From NCBI RefSeq assembly GCF_009834535.1, contig NC_045711.1, positions 1,240,001 to 1,304,000 on the forward strand: a stretch of 64,000 nt of DNA, in the 5' to 3' direction. A model generated the notes under the pieces. That model did no database searches, had not been told where the DNA came from, and worked only from the letters and a program-made list of their open reading frames with translations. The position numbers and the translations under genes are program-made. How positions within the stretch are numbered: position 1 is the stretch's first letter; each line of letters begins with the position of its first letter. Positions 12,500 through 35,712 of this stretch are shown here, piece after piece. This DNA comes from Camelus ferus (Eukaryota).

Positions 12500-12838
12500 C
12501 ACACAGCCAGTAGCAAGGATTCCCACGACGCCATCTTGCGCTGGAGGCTGCTGGGAGGGCGCAGGCTGCGCAGGCGCTGGGACCTCGCGCCCGGCCTCTA
12601 GCGCATGCGCAGCGGGTACAGAGAGCACGCTCCAGCCCCCTCCCCGCTTTTCTACGCACGCACTGGGACTTCCGAAACCCAGACAGCGCTCCGGTCCGGG
12701 ATTGGCTAGAGGTTCGTAAACTATTTATAAGGGGGCGGGATGGACTGGGCTGCCTTTGTTAACCAGAGAGGGCGCGGCCGCTGGGATTTTCGCTGCGGGC
12801 TTCACTGAGCGGTACCTGGTTACCAGATTGGGGTCGAG
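12500..12838. promoter_or_regulatory. EMC6/TAX1BP3 bidirectional CpG-island promoter
   Basis: Divergent first exons about 300 bp apart in CpG-rich DNA (about 11900-13430). YY1 motif CGCCATCTT 12529-12537, NRF1-type GCGCATGCGC 12601-12610, ETS-like CTTCCG about 12669-12674, inverted CCAAT 12701-12705, TATTTATAA 12722-12730, GC box 12731-12740. Confidence 0.85.
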
Positions 12839-15800
12839 ATGTCCTACATCCCGGGCCAACCGGTCACCGCCGTGGTGGTGAGTGCGCTCGCGCGGGCTTC
12901 TCCGCATCTTGACTTGCCCCCACTTTGCAGATAGGTAAACTGACACCCCAAACAGGTTGACAAAGCGTCGAAACCGGAGCTCCTGCAAACCTGCAGCTAG
13001 AGCTCGGGTTCCCGCTCTGCTGGAGTGGGGCTGCGGTCTTCCCAAGCCATGCAAGGGATGGCTGGGACTCAAGAGTTTCTTGAAAACCTAGATCGAGCCC
13101 AGACCCTGCGCGCGCCACCGCCGCCTCGTTGGACTTCTTAGAGCCGGCTGGAGCTGGGAGAACTTAGGAGAAAGACCTCGGCTGTGGAATATGGGAAAGC
13201 GCCCCATTCCCGGGCCTATGTCACCAGCTGGGCAGCAGCGGGGGGCGGGCGCCGGCCCCGACGTCTATGAGTCGCAGCCTCTGGAATGAGGAAGTGCTTC
13301 CTCCGCTCCAGCCGGCGCCGCCGCCCAGAGGGAGACTTAGTGGGTGGAGATGGCCGGGGCCTGCGTAGCAGCCCCTCACCTCTCCCATCCAGCCTTGCCT
13401 TGTCGACCTACCGCCGCCCGGTCCAGAGTGAAGGCTCATACAACTGGCTTGATCCCGCTCCGAACTTTCCTTGGATCCCCAGCGCTTGGGGCAAAGTCCA
13501 TGTCCCCCGCCTGGCACTTGGAGCCTTAGGAGACCCTTTGGAGTCAGCTCAGGCCCCTGGCGCCTCCCTTACCTCGTCTTGGGTGCCAAGTGCTATGAGA
13601 ATAGGTAAAGGGAAGTGGAGGCATTAGACCCAGATGCCAATGCCACAGCTGGATGGGGCCTAGAGGCCCACTCTGTGGCTGAGGTGGGGCAACTGAGTCC
13701 CAGAGAGAAGTCTGGTCATGCCCAGTCATGTAAAAAACCCTCAGGAGGGACCTCGATCTCAGGGAAGAAATGCCTGCTGGGTAGGGAGATCAGGTGAAAG
13801 TTCCAGTCCTGGGGCCCTGGCTGCAATATCTCAGATGGGTGTGCTGGGGCTCTCTTGCTGTCAGGTGGTGTGACCATGGAGCCACTGATAAAGCTGACAT
13901 GTGAGAGTGAGCTTGGAGCACCAGCTCAGGCCTGGGCGAGGTGGGAACATTGCAGGACCTGCTGACAGCTGTCCTCAGCTTCACCCTGGCTGCACCAGCC
14001 TGGCTTTTCCAGCTCTCTAGCAGCCACAGAAGTTTTGCTGCTCCTTAGCTGGAAAAAAAATGTGCACAGGTGAGGAACCAGAGAGGGGCAATAACCTGCC
14101 TGGCCTCACCGAGCAAATCAGTGTCAAGGCCTTGTCTCCCAGCCCTGTACTCCCTTTTGACCTTGAGGCTGGGTCAAAGGTATGTGTTGGAGGAGGTGAT
14201 ACTTTTGGGCAGGAGGACCTAGGTCCAGTCGGCCTCTCATGTCACCCCCTTTGTTCATGTCATGGCTGGTCCCCGGGCCTTATTCAAAGCTTTAGGACCA
14301 CAACCTCCCAATTCTTCCCACACTAGGAAGGTATCTGAACATGGTGGGTGCCGGTCTGGTCTCTCCTTGGTCTTGGATTCGGGATGGGGTGGAAGAGGCT
14401 CCTCCTTAATCCCTTCCCTCTCCCATGGAGTTAACATTTTGAGAATGTTAAAACCATTTTGGCCTCTCCTCTGAACTCTGGTTCCATGGGCCAGCCCATC
14501 TGCCTTCTGGACACCTGCCTGGATGACTCCTGGTGCTCTAGCTCAACATACTCCTTCTCCAGGGTCCCCATCTGGGAGATGGTTGTGTTCAGCCGGGCCA
14601 GGTGGCTGGCTGGGTGTCCCCCTTATCTTCTCCACGAGCAGTCCCTGAATCTGCCGATGTCACTTTCCAAGGAGCTCATGTCCCCTGGCCTCCACATCTC
14701 CCCTTTGTGAGACATCTACCGAATGCCTGAGTGGTCATTCTAGTGTCAGACCTGACGGTGACCAGCCCTACTCCCCAACTCCTGAGAGCTCCAGAATCAA
14801 AGTCAGATTGCCAAACTCCTGGTTGGCCCAAGGCCTGGTGCAAATGGTCCTTCATGAAGTCCCTCAGGTCCAGATCAAGCCACCTTTTGCTTTGTTTTCT
14901 TCTTCCTGTTAAAACGCTCAACTTTTAGGGTGGGATGATCTGGTCTGGCTTCCAGCATCTGGTGACTGGAGGGTGCCTGCTGAGGGCTTTGAAAGGAGCC
15001 TGGCACAGATGGGGACCAGAGCCCCGGAGTATGGTGGGAGAGCCCTTGGCCCCTCCCCACCTTCTGCACGGCACAGGCCTGGGGCTTAGGGAGACACCCT
15101 TCCCTCAGGGCCAGTCTCCTGGGGCTGCATGCTCCAGCCTTCCTGATCTGGCCTCAGCCTCATCTCACCTCCCAGTTCCTGTCCTGCGTGTACACTTGGG
15201 TCTCATGGACACGTAGCCACAGCACCTTCAAGCCTCTGCTCCTGTTCCCTTGACCAGGAGACCCCTTCCTCCTTTCTGTGCAAGTTTGATCTCCGCTTTC
15301 CCCGTCTTGCCCTTGACAGGGCTGGCTCAGCAACCTGAACTGCCTCTGCAGGATGCCTACATTTTTTTTTTCAGGAGGGACCACACACCTGCCCTGTGTG
15401 GTCCCTCCCCTGGGACACAGGCCCCATTCAGAGTAGCCACAGGACCCTGGCTCTTGGTCCAGGAGGAGCTTAGCATATGTTGACAAGGCTGGTGCCTGAA
15501 GCTGGTGAAGAAGCTGGGAGAGGCTGGGACAGAGGGGTGTGTGGGTAAGTTGATGTGGCTGAGTTCTGAGTCTCAACCTCCCAGCCTCCCAGGCTGGTGA
15601 CCAGCTGGATTCCTGCAGAAAGCCCAGGGCCCCACCCCCATGGCTGAGCTCTGAGCAGACTCAGCCGCCTGAGGCTGTTACTGGGGACACAGACCACGTT
15701 TGCTTTCCACACCCACCCACCCCCAACTCGTTTTTTTTATCTTTACCAGCAAAGAGTTGAAATTCACAAGCTGCGGCAAGGTGAGAACTTAATCCTGGGC

Positions 15801-16812
15801 TTCAGCATTGGAGGTGGAATTGACCAGGATCCCTCCCAGAATCCCTTCTCAGAAGATAAGACAGACAAGGTGAGGTGGGTCTAGGGTCTGGGGACCTCTG
15901 TGGGGCACAGAGGCCTAAAATGGTCCCTGCTTCCTGAGCCTTTGCGAAAGGAGCAGACCTCGTCTCTCTCAGTCCCCTCAGAAGGTCCAAGAAATGATCT
16001 GGTGGGAATAAGCAGAGGTGGGGAGTGGGCTTCCCAGCCCTCCCTTCCCTCCCAGTGCTAGTAAAGCCTGTTCAGAGCCCAGGAGGCCAGCAACAGGCAC
16101 TGGAGCATCTGCGGGGCTGCCCCACCTCCCCCTTTTCTGTCTCAGCACAGCCTGTGCTGGGAGCGGGACAGACGGACAGCTAGGAGTATGCCCTGCTGGG
16201 CTTTGCTCTGTGGATAAGGGCCAGTCCACTGATCCTGCGCTTGACTGGACTGTCTCTCTCCAGGGCATTTACGTCACGCGGGTATCTGAAGGAGGCCCTG
16301 CAGAAATTGCTGGGCTGCAGATTGGAGACAAGATCATGCAGGTAACAGATGTCCCAGAGGGGGAAAACAAGGCTTGGGCCAGAGGGTCTGAAGCACTCAG
16401 GGGTGGGGGGTGGCACCTGGGAGACTCACCAAAGCCATTCTGGAGCCCGTGCTGGCCTTTCCCCTGGAGGAAGCTGGCTCTCTCCTCTGTGTATGTGAGG
16501 TGGTGCTTGGTGTCCCCCCAGCCTGGGGACATCAGCTTGGGTGACCCAGGCCCCCCAAAGCTCGTTTTGCTTCCAGAGCCCTGAGGGCGGCGAGCTGAGG
16601 TGGGCTGTGTTCTCTCCCTGGGCCAGGTGAACGGCTGGGACATGACCATGGTCACACACGACCAGGCCCGGAAGCGGCTCACCAAGCGCTCGGAGGAGGT
16701 GGTGCGCCTGCTGGTGACACGGCAGTCAGTTGCAGAAGGCGGTGCAGCAGTCCATGCTGTCCTAGCAGCTGCCCCGGCCCCTGGCTCGTGCCCGCCCGCC
16801 TCTGTACAGTGA
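12839..16812 (+). CDS. TAX1BP3: Tax1-binding protein 3 (TIP-1, single PDZ domain), 4 coding exons, with an apparent +1 frameshift in exon 4
   Basis: Exons 12839-12877 (MSYIPGQPVTAVV), 15750-15869 (QRVEIHK...EDKTDK, includes ILGFSIGGG loop), 16264-16341 (GIYVTRV...DKIMQ), 16627 onward (VNGWDMT...VTRQS); all phase 0 with GT/AG. The canonical end LQKAVQQSMLS* (TAG 16763-16765) is out of frame by one extra base at 16728/16729; as written the frame ends at TGA 16810-16812. Confidence 0.97.
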
Positions 16813-17598
16813 CACCACTTCCACGCTGTCTGCCCCTCATCCTGGCTTCTGCTGATGGCTGGGCCCCTGCTCCGAAGGGCAAGAGCTGATCCCAGAGGCC
16901 TGACCTGGCTGGCCTTCCCCTCTCCCACCACTGGCCTGAGGCTCTGGGACCAGCTCTCTCCCTTGGACACTGAGGATTGGAAATAAGGGCCTGAAGCCAA
17001 GTTGGAGTCAGTGTGTAGTGACCACAGGCTCGGCCCCAGACCCTGCTGCCTGGCCACAGCAGTGCCCAGGCGAGCAGGGGACCCCACTTCCTGCGAGCAC
17101 CACGTAACTGGGAAATGCAGGAACTCCAGACCCTGCCCCACATCTCGGCTCCGCAGGGGCTGGGCCGCATGCTTTTCCCCACGTTCCCCCGCGGGGACTT
17201 GACTCACTGCCGGAAGTACTACGAAGGTTGGCCTGGATGGAAGCCAGGCAGGCTCACAGTTCACCCCATTGCACCCCCTCCCCACCTCCCACCCTGAGGG
17301 GCGCTGGCCTCCCCAGGGTTCACCTGCTTACAGGATTTACACGAGGCTCGAGGCTGACATTTCAGAGCAGTTCTCAGGATTGCCATTTTCTTCTATGCCT
17401 GTGGGTTTAACTTTTATATTTTTTAAATCACAACTTTGATACAAAGCATTTTTATCTGACTGTTTAGAGATGCCAGTTCAACTTTTGAATGTAGCTTAAC
17501 TAATTCACATCTGGGAACTACTCTTAGCAAGGGAACCAGGTTGTACTTTGGTTCCTGTGGAAAGGGGGCAGTAGGAAGCTGCCCCACATCTTGTGCCC

Positions 17599-17604
17599 AA
17601 TAAA
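17599..17604 (+). terminator. Candidate TAX1BP3 polyadenylation signal AATAAA
   Basis: AATAAA about 0.8 kb after the stop, downstream of an AU-rich stretch at 17410-17520; a second AATAAA at 18160-18165. Motif only. Confidence 0.45.
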
Positions 17605-19894
17605 CAGAGCTGGAATTCTCCAGGGGTCTTTGCTGAGACATGGGGCAGGGCTATTTGGGGGTGGACTGTGAGGCCTTTAGTTTTAAGGATGGCTGACCTG
17701 CCCCTCACCGCCCCCTCCCCTCACCGCCAATCCAGGATAAAGCCCGACTATTCCTAGGCCTGCTGATGCTGCTTGGCAGGGCTGCCCAGGTGAGACTGAG
17801 AGTCCCTTCACCAGAACTGGGCTGGGGAGCCCCCAACTGCACCTGTGTAATCTAACCTCAGCTCCCACTAGGGAGGGGCCTCACAAACACCAAGAGGTTC
17901 ATGGGAAAACACCCACTGCTAAGACTTCAGAGCACTGTTTATCACAGCCAGGGATGTAGCCCCAAATGTTTCCAGGGGCTGTGATCTGATGAGATGGGGA
18001 TGAGGTGGGGGTGAGCTGGGGAGCACTAGGGCTGCTGCCTGGCCCGTGCTGGCTGCATTAGTGTCGTTGTTGCCGCTCGTGACCCACCTTGCACCGCCAA
18101 GTCAGATCTTGTAACCTCCCATCTCTAACGTGTGATACCGTCACCCACTGGGTGGCCCAAATAAAACAGGTGTGTAGGTTTGGTCAGGCTGCAGTCTCTG
18201 CTTTAGGGAAAGGAGATCCTAATTGTTTGATACCTGGACAGAGGAAGAATCTGGAAGACCCTCCTCCACCACGTGCCCTTAAAGGCCTCATCCAACCTGT
18301 GCTCACAACCGCAGCCTGAGTGCTGTGCCTTTGGGAATGCAGACATGGTACCTGTGGGACCTACCTGGCCCTGAGCAGGTGGGTGTCTTGTGCCACCCAA
18401 CAGGGCTCTCCTGATGAAGTGCCCGGTTGGCACACGGCCACCTTGGGAGCAGCGAACTTGGCAACCCCACGTGTTTTCTTACATGGAGTGAGTGAGGCCG
18501 TCTCCCTGAGCCCCAGGGACTTGGTTCTGAAGCCAACACGCTTGCCTCCTGCATCTGGCAAATGCTCAGTGTGCAGAGAGGAAAGGAATCAGGTTTAATT
18601 AAGGACATAAGCCTCACGTTATCTCGTGGTAAACAAATCTGAGAGTGGATTGACAAACTCAAGGCACGTCCTGGGACCCTCCCCTCCTGCCACAGGATGG
18701 ACACCTGCTTGGTGGGAAGGGAAGGGCTTTGGGATCAGACTGGGTCCATGAAGATTATGTGAGGTGGTCTTAAGACCTTATCTGAAGCTCCGGAACAGCC
18801 ACAAATTGGTGAATCTCAGGTAGGGGTCTGGGCAAAGTGAGGGAAGGGGGCCTGCCCTCCCCTTCAGGAGAGCTACTCTCACCACCCAGCAGGTCTAACA
18901 GGCCTCTAAGGCACAGACTGGTGTGTGTGCGTGCATGTGTGGGTCTGTCCCCTGCACTCCGAGCAGACCCAGGGTAAAGGAGCAGTTAGAGGGGCTGACG
19001 TGGGGCCTGACGCTGGGAAACTGGAGGTAGGCGGAAAGCAGTAAGGCAGTAAGCCACTTACTTCAAAAGCGTCCCTCTGAAAAATCCAAAAGGGGTCGTT
19101 AGTGTGATGGAGATCCAGAGGGTGTTGGATGTGAGACCGGTTCCAAACCAATCTGGTGGGCACCTTAAGGCTCGGAAATACTGTTTCTTTACCAGACCCT
19201 GGCCTGGGCCACCTGTGATTGCACTCGTAGAAGTGGAGTTACATAGCATGAGTGAATGTCAGGGTGGTGAGTGCTCAGAGAAGGGCCCCCAAGTTCTACC
19301 CCAAGGTCCTAGCCCCTCCGCCACCAGCACCAGCACCTCTGGGTCTATCGGCCACAGCACCTGGCTGCTTGGTCTCTGAACTCAGCAGTGGCAGCAAAGC
19401 ACACTTGGCTCTCCCAGCTGCAAGGTCAGTCCTTCAAGCTGCTCCCAGAAACACCAGTTGCCTGGGGCAAGGCCGTCTGCTCCAAGCTCAGTGTTCAGTC
19501 CTGCCTGGGACGGCTGCCAGAACCTGTGTGTGCTGCCTGAAGCCTTAAAGAAAATAGAGATGCAGCATCAAGATGCAGGAGGGCCAGGTGCCTGGCCGGT
19601 AAGGCCCAGGAGGGGCTGAGACCCCTGGGGAGGCAGGGAGGGGCCGCCAGTGGTTTGGCTTTTAATCTCAGAGCACAGCCAGTGCCTGTCCCAGAGAGAG
19701 GTTCCTCCCTGGCCCGGGAGAGTCCTGAATGAAGGCAGGCTGGTTTAAGGCATTTGGCCCTGAGGAAGAGGGTGCTTCTCCACTTCTGGCACCTGGAGCC
19801 AGCCTTGCCCTCCAGACTGCTTCTCCAGCCTTGCTGGTGGAGCCTTCCCTGCCAGGGCCCAGGGCCCAGGCTGCTTATGCTGGGTCCCTGGGAG

Positions 19895-32617
<12,723 letters not shown>

Positions 32618-33459
32618 GTTCCTTGATTTCAAAGAACTAGGAAGAAAAACAAACAGCAAGAGAAGTTCAGGTTAAAGTTGGATCAGCTTAGCAACAAGTG
32701 GACAATATGCCACTTGGAACCATGGCACAGACAGTTCATAAAGGACTTTCACTTCACACTTGTGACCTCAGGGCTTTGCATCACCAGCTGGGAGAAGGGG
32801 ACCCCGAGGAAGACTTATCTTTTTTTGATATGTGGGGAAACGGGCTCAGAGAAACTAGCGGATTGTGTAAGGTCCCACCCTGGGGAAGTGGACAAACGCT
32901 GAATTTTTCCCTCTTCAACTGCTTCATGCAACCTAGTTAACAGAAAGAAAGAATGCAGCCTTATTTCCTGGGGGTTCTTTTTTTAAAAAGGTATTAAAAT
33001 GGCAGTCAGATATTTGACTTTGTGAATCTATAAATCTTAAAGAAATGAATTTCATTTCCCACCCTGGGATAAGTGTCTATGGGCTAATGACCCTTGATCA
33101 AGATTTTTTTCACTGGGCAAGGGTCATCACTCCAGGACGGGCAGGGATCACCTACAACGGGACCCAGGGAGGGGAAGCCCCAGACCAGCTCTGGAGCAGC
33201 TCATCGGTTAAGTGAGGGAGATGGGCTGCTGCATACCCATAACCCCCACGCACGGCAGGTGAACCACAGGTCAAGATGGGCAGATCAGCTAAATGTCTAT
33301 AACTCGGTTTCCACATGCTGCCTCAGGGTACAGTGCTCAGGCTCTGCCATATCTGATGGCTTCTGAGGATTCCTGCAAACTGTGAGAGAGCTAGAAGAGG
33401 TCTGGGTGGAAACATCCCTGCTCCCACTCGGGTTTCATTGTCCCCCAAAGGTCCTGAGG

Positions 33460-34089
33460 GCCCTCCTGATTCTCCCCTCACTCAAAAAAGCTCCCTGACC
33501 CAGCTTGCCTGACCTCTGCTGCCCCTGTCTTCTCCAGGGGTCTCTGCTTCCTGCAGCTCTACCTGATCATTAAGTCTTATCTCAGGAGACTTCTCACCTG
33601 CTGGCACTGATCTGTCCCCTCTATGGTCTCCTCTGGGGCCCTTGCCCAGGGCGCTGTATCCGTGGGGTCTCTGCCCCTCTACTTTCTGTACCCTGACCTG
33701 CAGGGGAATTGCTCTCCTGTGGAATGACCTCCCCCTCATTCCTGCCACTCTTTGCTCTTCACACTTGCTGATGTCCTCAAGCTCAGGATTCAGTCTGTTC
33801 CCTAGGGCAGAGTCTGGGTTTTCCTTGGGAACTCAGATGCGGAATCAGGCCTAACCAGCTCCTCTCTCATCCCGTAGGAGTGGAATGTGGATGGAGGAAC
33901 ACAAACACTTGGATGGCAAAAGTCCTCTGGCCCCAAAGGCTGACACAACTTGGATGAGACATCAGGACAGATGGAAAGACCTTGAAAGATACATGGTCAA
34001 TTAAAATGTTAGAAAGAGATCAAGTTAATAATTATACACAAAAACTAGTGTCTTGTGAATGCTACAAGGTAGAAATGGAGAATTTCACT
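33460..34089 (+). repeat. Local direct duplication, copy 1 (CTNS intron 2)
   Basis: Aligns by eye along its length with 35905-36516; identical 29-mer gctacaaggtagaaatggagaatttcact at 34061-34089. Confidence 0.9.
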
Positions 34090-34559
34090 ATAATGGGTTC
34101 TGTCTAGTATGCTGCGTAAGTTCTATCTTCCAGGCCTCACTCAGATGTCACCTGCTTCAGCTTGGAGTCAGGAGTCTCCTGTGGCAGCTCCACTCACTCG
34201 GGTATCTGGAATCTGAAACTCCCTGGATCTCCTGTTGGAGAAGTGATACAAGTACTTCCAGGGCAAAGAATGCGTGCCCTGGAGACTGACAGCACGGGTT
34301 TGAACCTGGGCTCCCCATTTATCAGTTGTGTGACTTTGGGGTGCTACTTGACCTCCTCAAACTTCATTTTCCTAACGTGAAAACAGGGACAGTGGGAACT
34401 AAGTCATAGGACTTAAATGAGATGAAATGTTAAGCAGGGTTTGTGGCCCTCCAAAGGGCCACAGCACATGAACAGAGTTTACCAGCAGTATTAAAATTCC
34501 AAGGGATGGGGGTTGGTAAGGAAAAAAGGCTAAGAAACAATGATGTAAAGTAAATATAC

Positions 34560-35200
34560 CTGTTACCTAGGGCACCTAGCAAGCTCTCATGAAGCCTAGG
34601 TTGTTATTCTCCTCAATATCGTTGAAAAAGTCAGGGCCCAGGTTCAGGCTCCCTTACTCCAGCCTAAAAGCCCCGAAGGGCGGGGCCGGGTCTCATCCTG
34701 CCCACTCTCCCAGCCTGGCGCGCAGTATCCCAAAAGGAGTCCCGGAAGTGGTCCTCTCGGGGGTCTCCCCTCTGCAAAGCATTCTGCAAACTCCACGACC
34801 CAGGTTCAGGTGGCAACTAAAAAGGCGGGAAAGGGGCGCTAACCTGCACTGGAGTAGAACCCCCCACACCACCTCGGCAGCCCAGTGTCTCCTGCCTCCA
34901 CTCACTATTACCCGAGCCCTTCAACCCGGGGGCTGTCCGGTGCCGCGAGGCCGGGACTGGTGGCAGGGGGCCGAAACCTGGCGCGGCTGAGAGGCTGGAT
35001 GCGCGGCAGGCTGCCCAACTGACTTGCCTCCGGGCCTCAGGGGGTCCGCCTGGGAAATGAAGAGGGGAGACTGTTGGGGCCGCGCCGGCTCTCACCTGAG
35101 ATCCTCCAGGCTCAGGGGACGCACCACAAGGGACGCAGGAGCCTCCTCAGACTGTGCCCGCTTCCCCGGGCCGGCTTGACTTACTGTGGGGCGGGTCAAA
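34560..35200 (-). other. CTNS: CTNS 5' non-coding exons 1 and 2
   Basis: Exon 1 ends ...ggatctcag|gtgaga (last base 35096; TSS not determinable, placed about 35200). Exon 2 is 34783-34560 (gtttgcAG acceptor; donor |gtata at 34559, alternative donor |gtaaca at 34566). Exon 3 starts at 32636, 19 nt before the ATG. Resembles the human CTNS leader as recalled. Confidence 0.7.
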
Positions 35201-35712
35201 AGTCACCTGACGCGAGCCACCTGATTCGCGGAGTGCAGATCTGGCGCGATGCACCCTGGGAGTTGTAGTTTTCACGAGTCTCAGCGGGACAATTGGGGGT
35301 TGGGGCGAAGCGGAGAGGCGCAGGCAACTTGGCAGGGATAGGGGCTTGGGTTTGTGGGAGTAATAAGTCACTATTAGGGCCACAGAGACTCTCTCATCCC
35401 CCAGAGCCCGACCGGGAACCCCGAGGTATTTGGATGAGCAAGGAGGAAGCCTTGGTTCAAGTCGCAAACCCGGTCCTGAGGAGCGGGACCTCTAGTCCCG
35501 CCTTCCGCCGCCGCTCCGCCTATAGCCGGGGCCCGTCGCTCGAGTGGCGCGACACTCCGCCTCCCTCAACCAATGGGAAGACGAGTATTCCCTGTGTTGC
35601 GCGTGGCTAGAAAGATTGGCAGGCGATGCCCCGCCTCGGCGCCTTGTCAGGGTGAAGTGTGCAGGAGTGAGCGCCTCGGCTTGGGACGCAAGCTGCGCTC
35701 GTCTTCTCTGCA
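35100..35712. promoter_or_regulatory. CTNS/SHPK bidirectional CpG-island promoter
   Basis: Head-to-head first exons (CTNS exon 1 donor 35095, SHPK ATG 35713). GC box GGGGCGGG about 35188-35195, CLEAR-like GTCACCTGAC 35202-35211, ZNF143-associated motif CTGGGAGTTGTAGT 35256-35269 (reverse complement ACTACAACTCCCAG), CCAAT 35570-35574, ATTGG 35615-35619. Confidence 0.85.

Noticed and set aside
16269-17285. 338-aa minus-strand ORF
   Set aside because: Antisense to TAX1BP3 exons 3-4 and 3'UTR in GC-rich DNA; no recognisable protein features.
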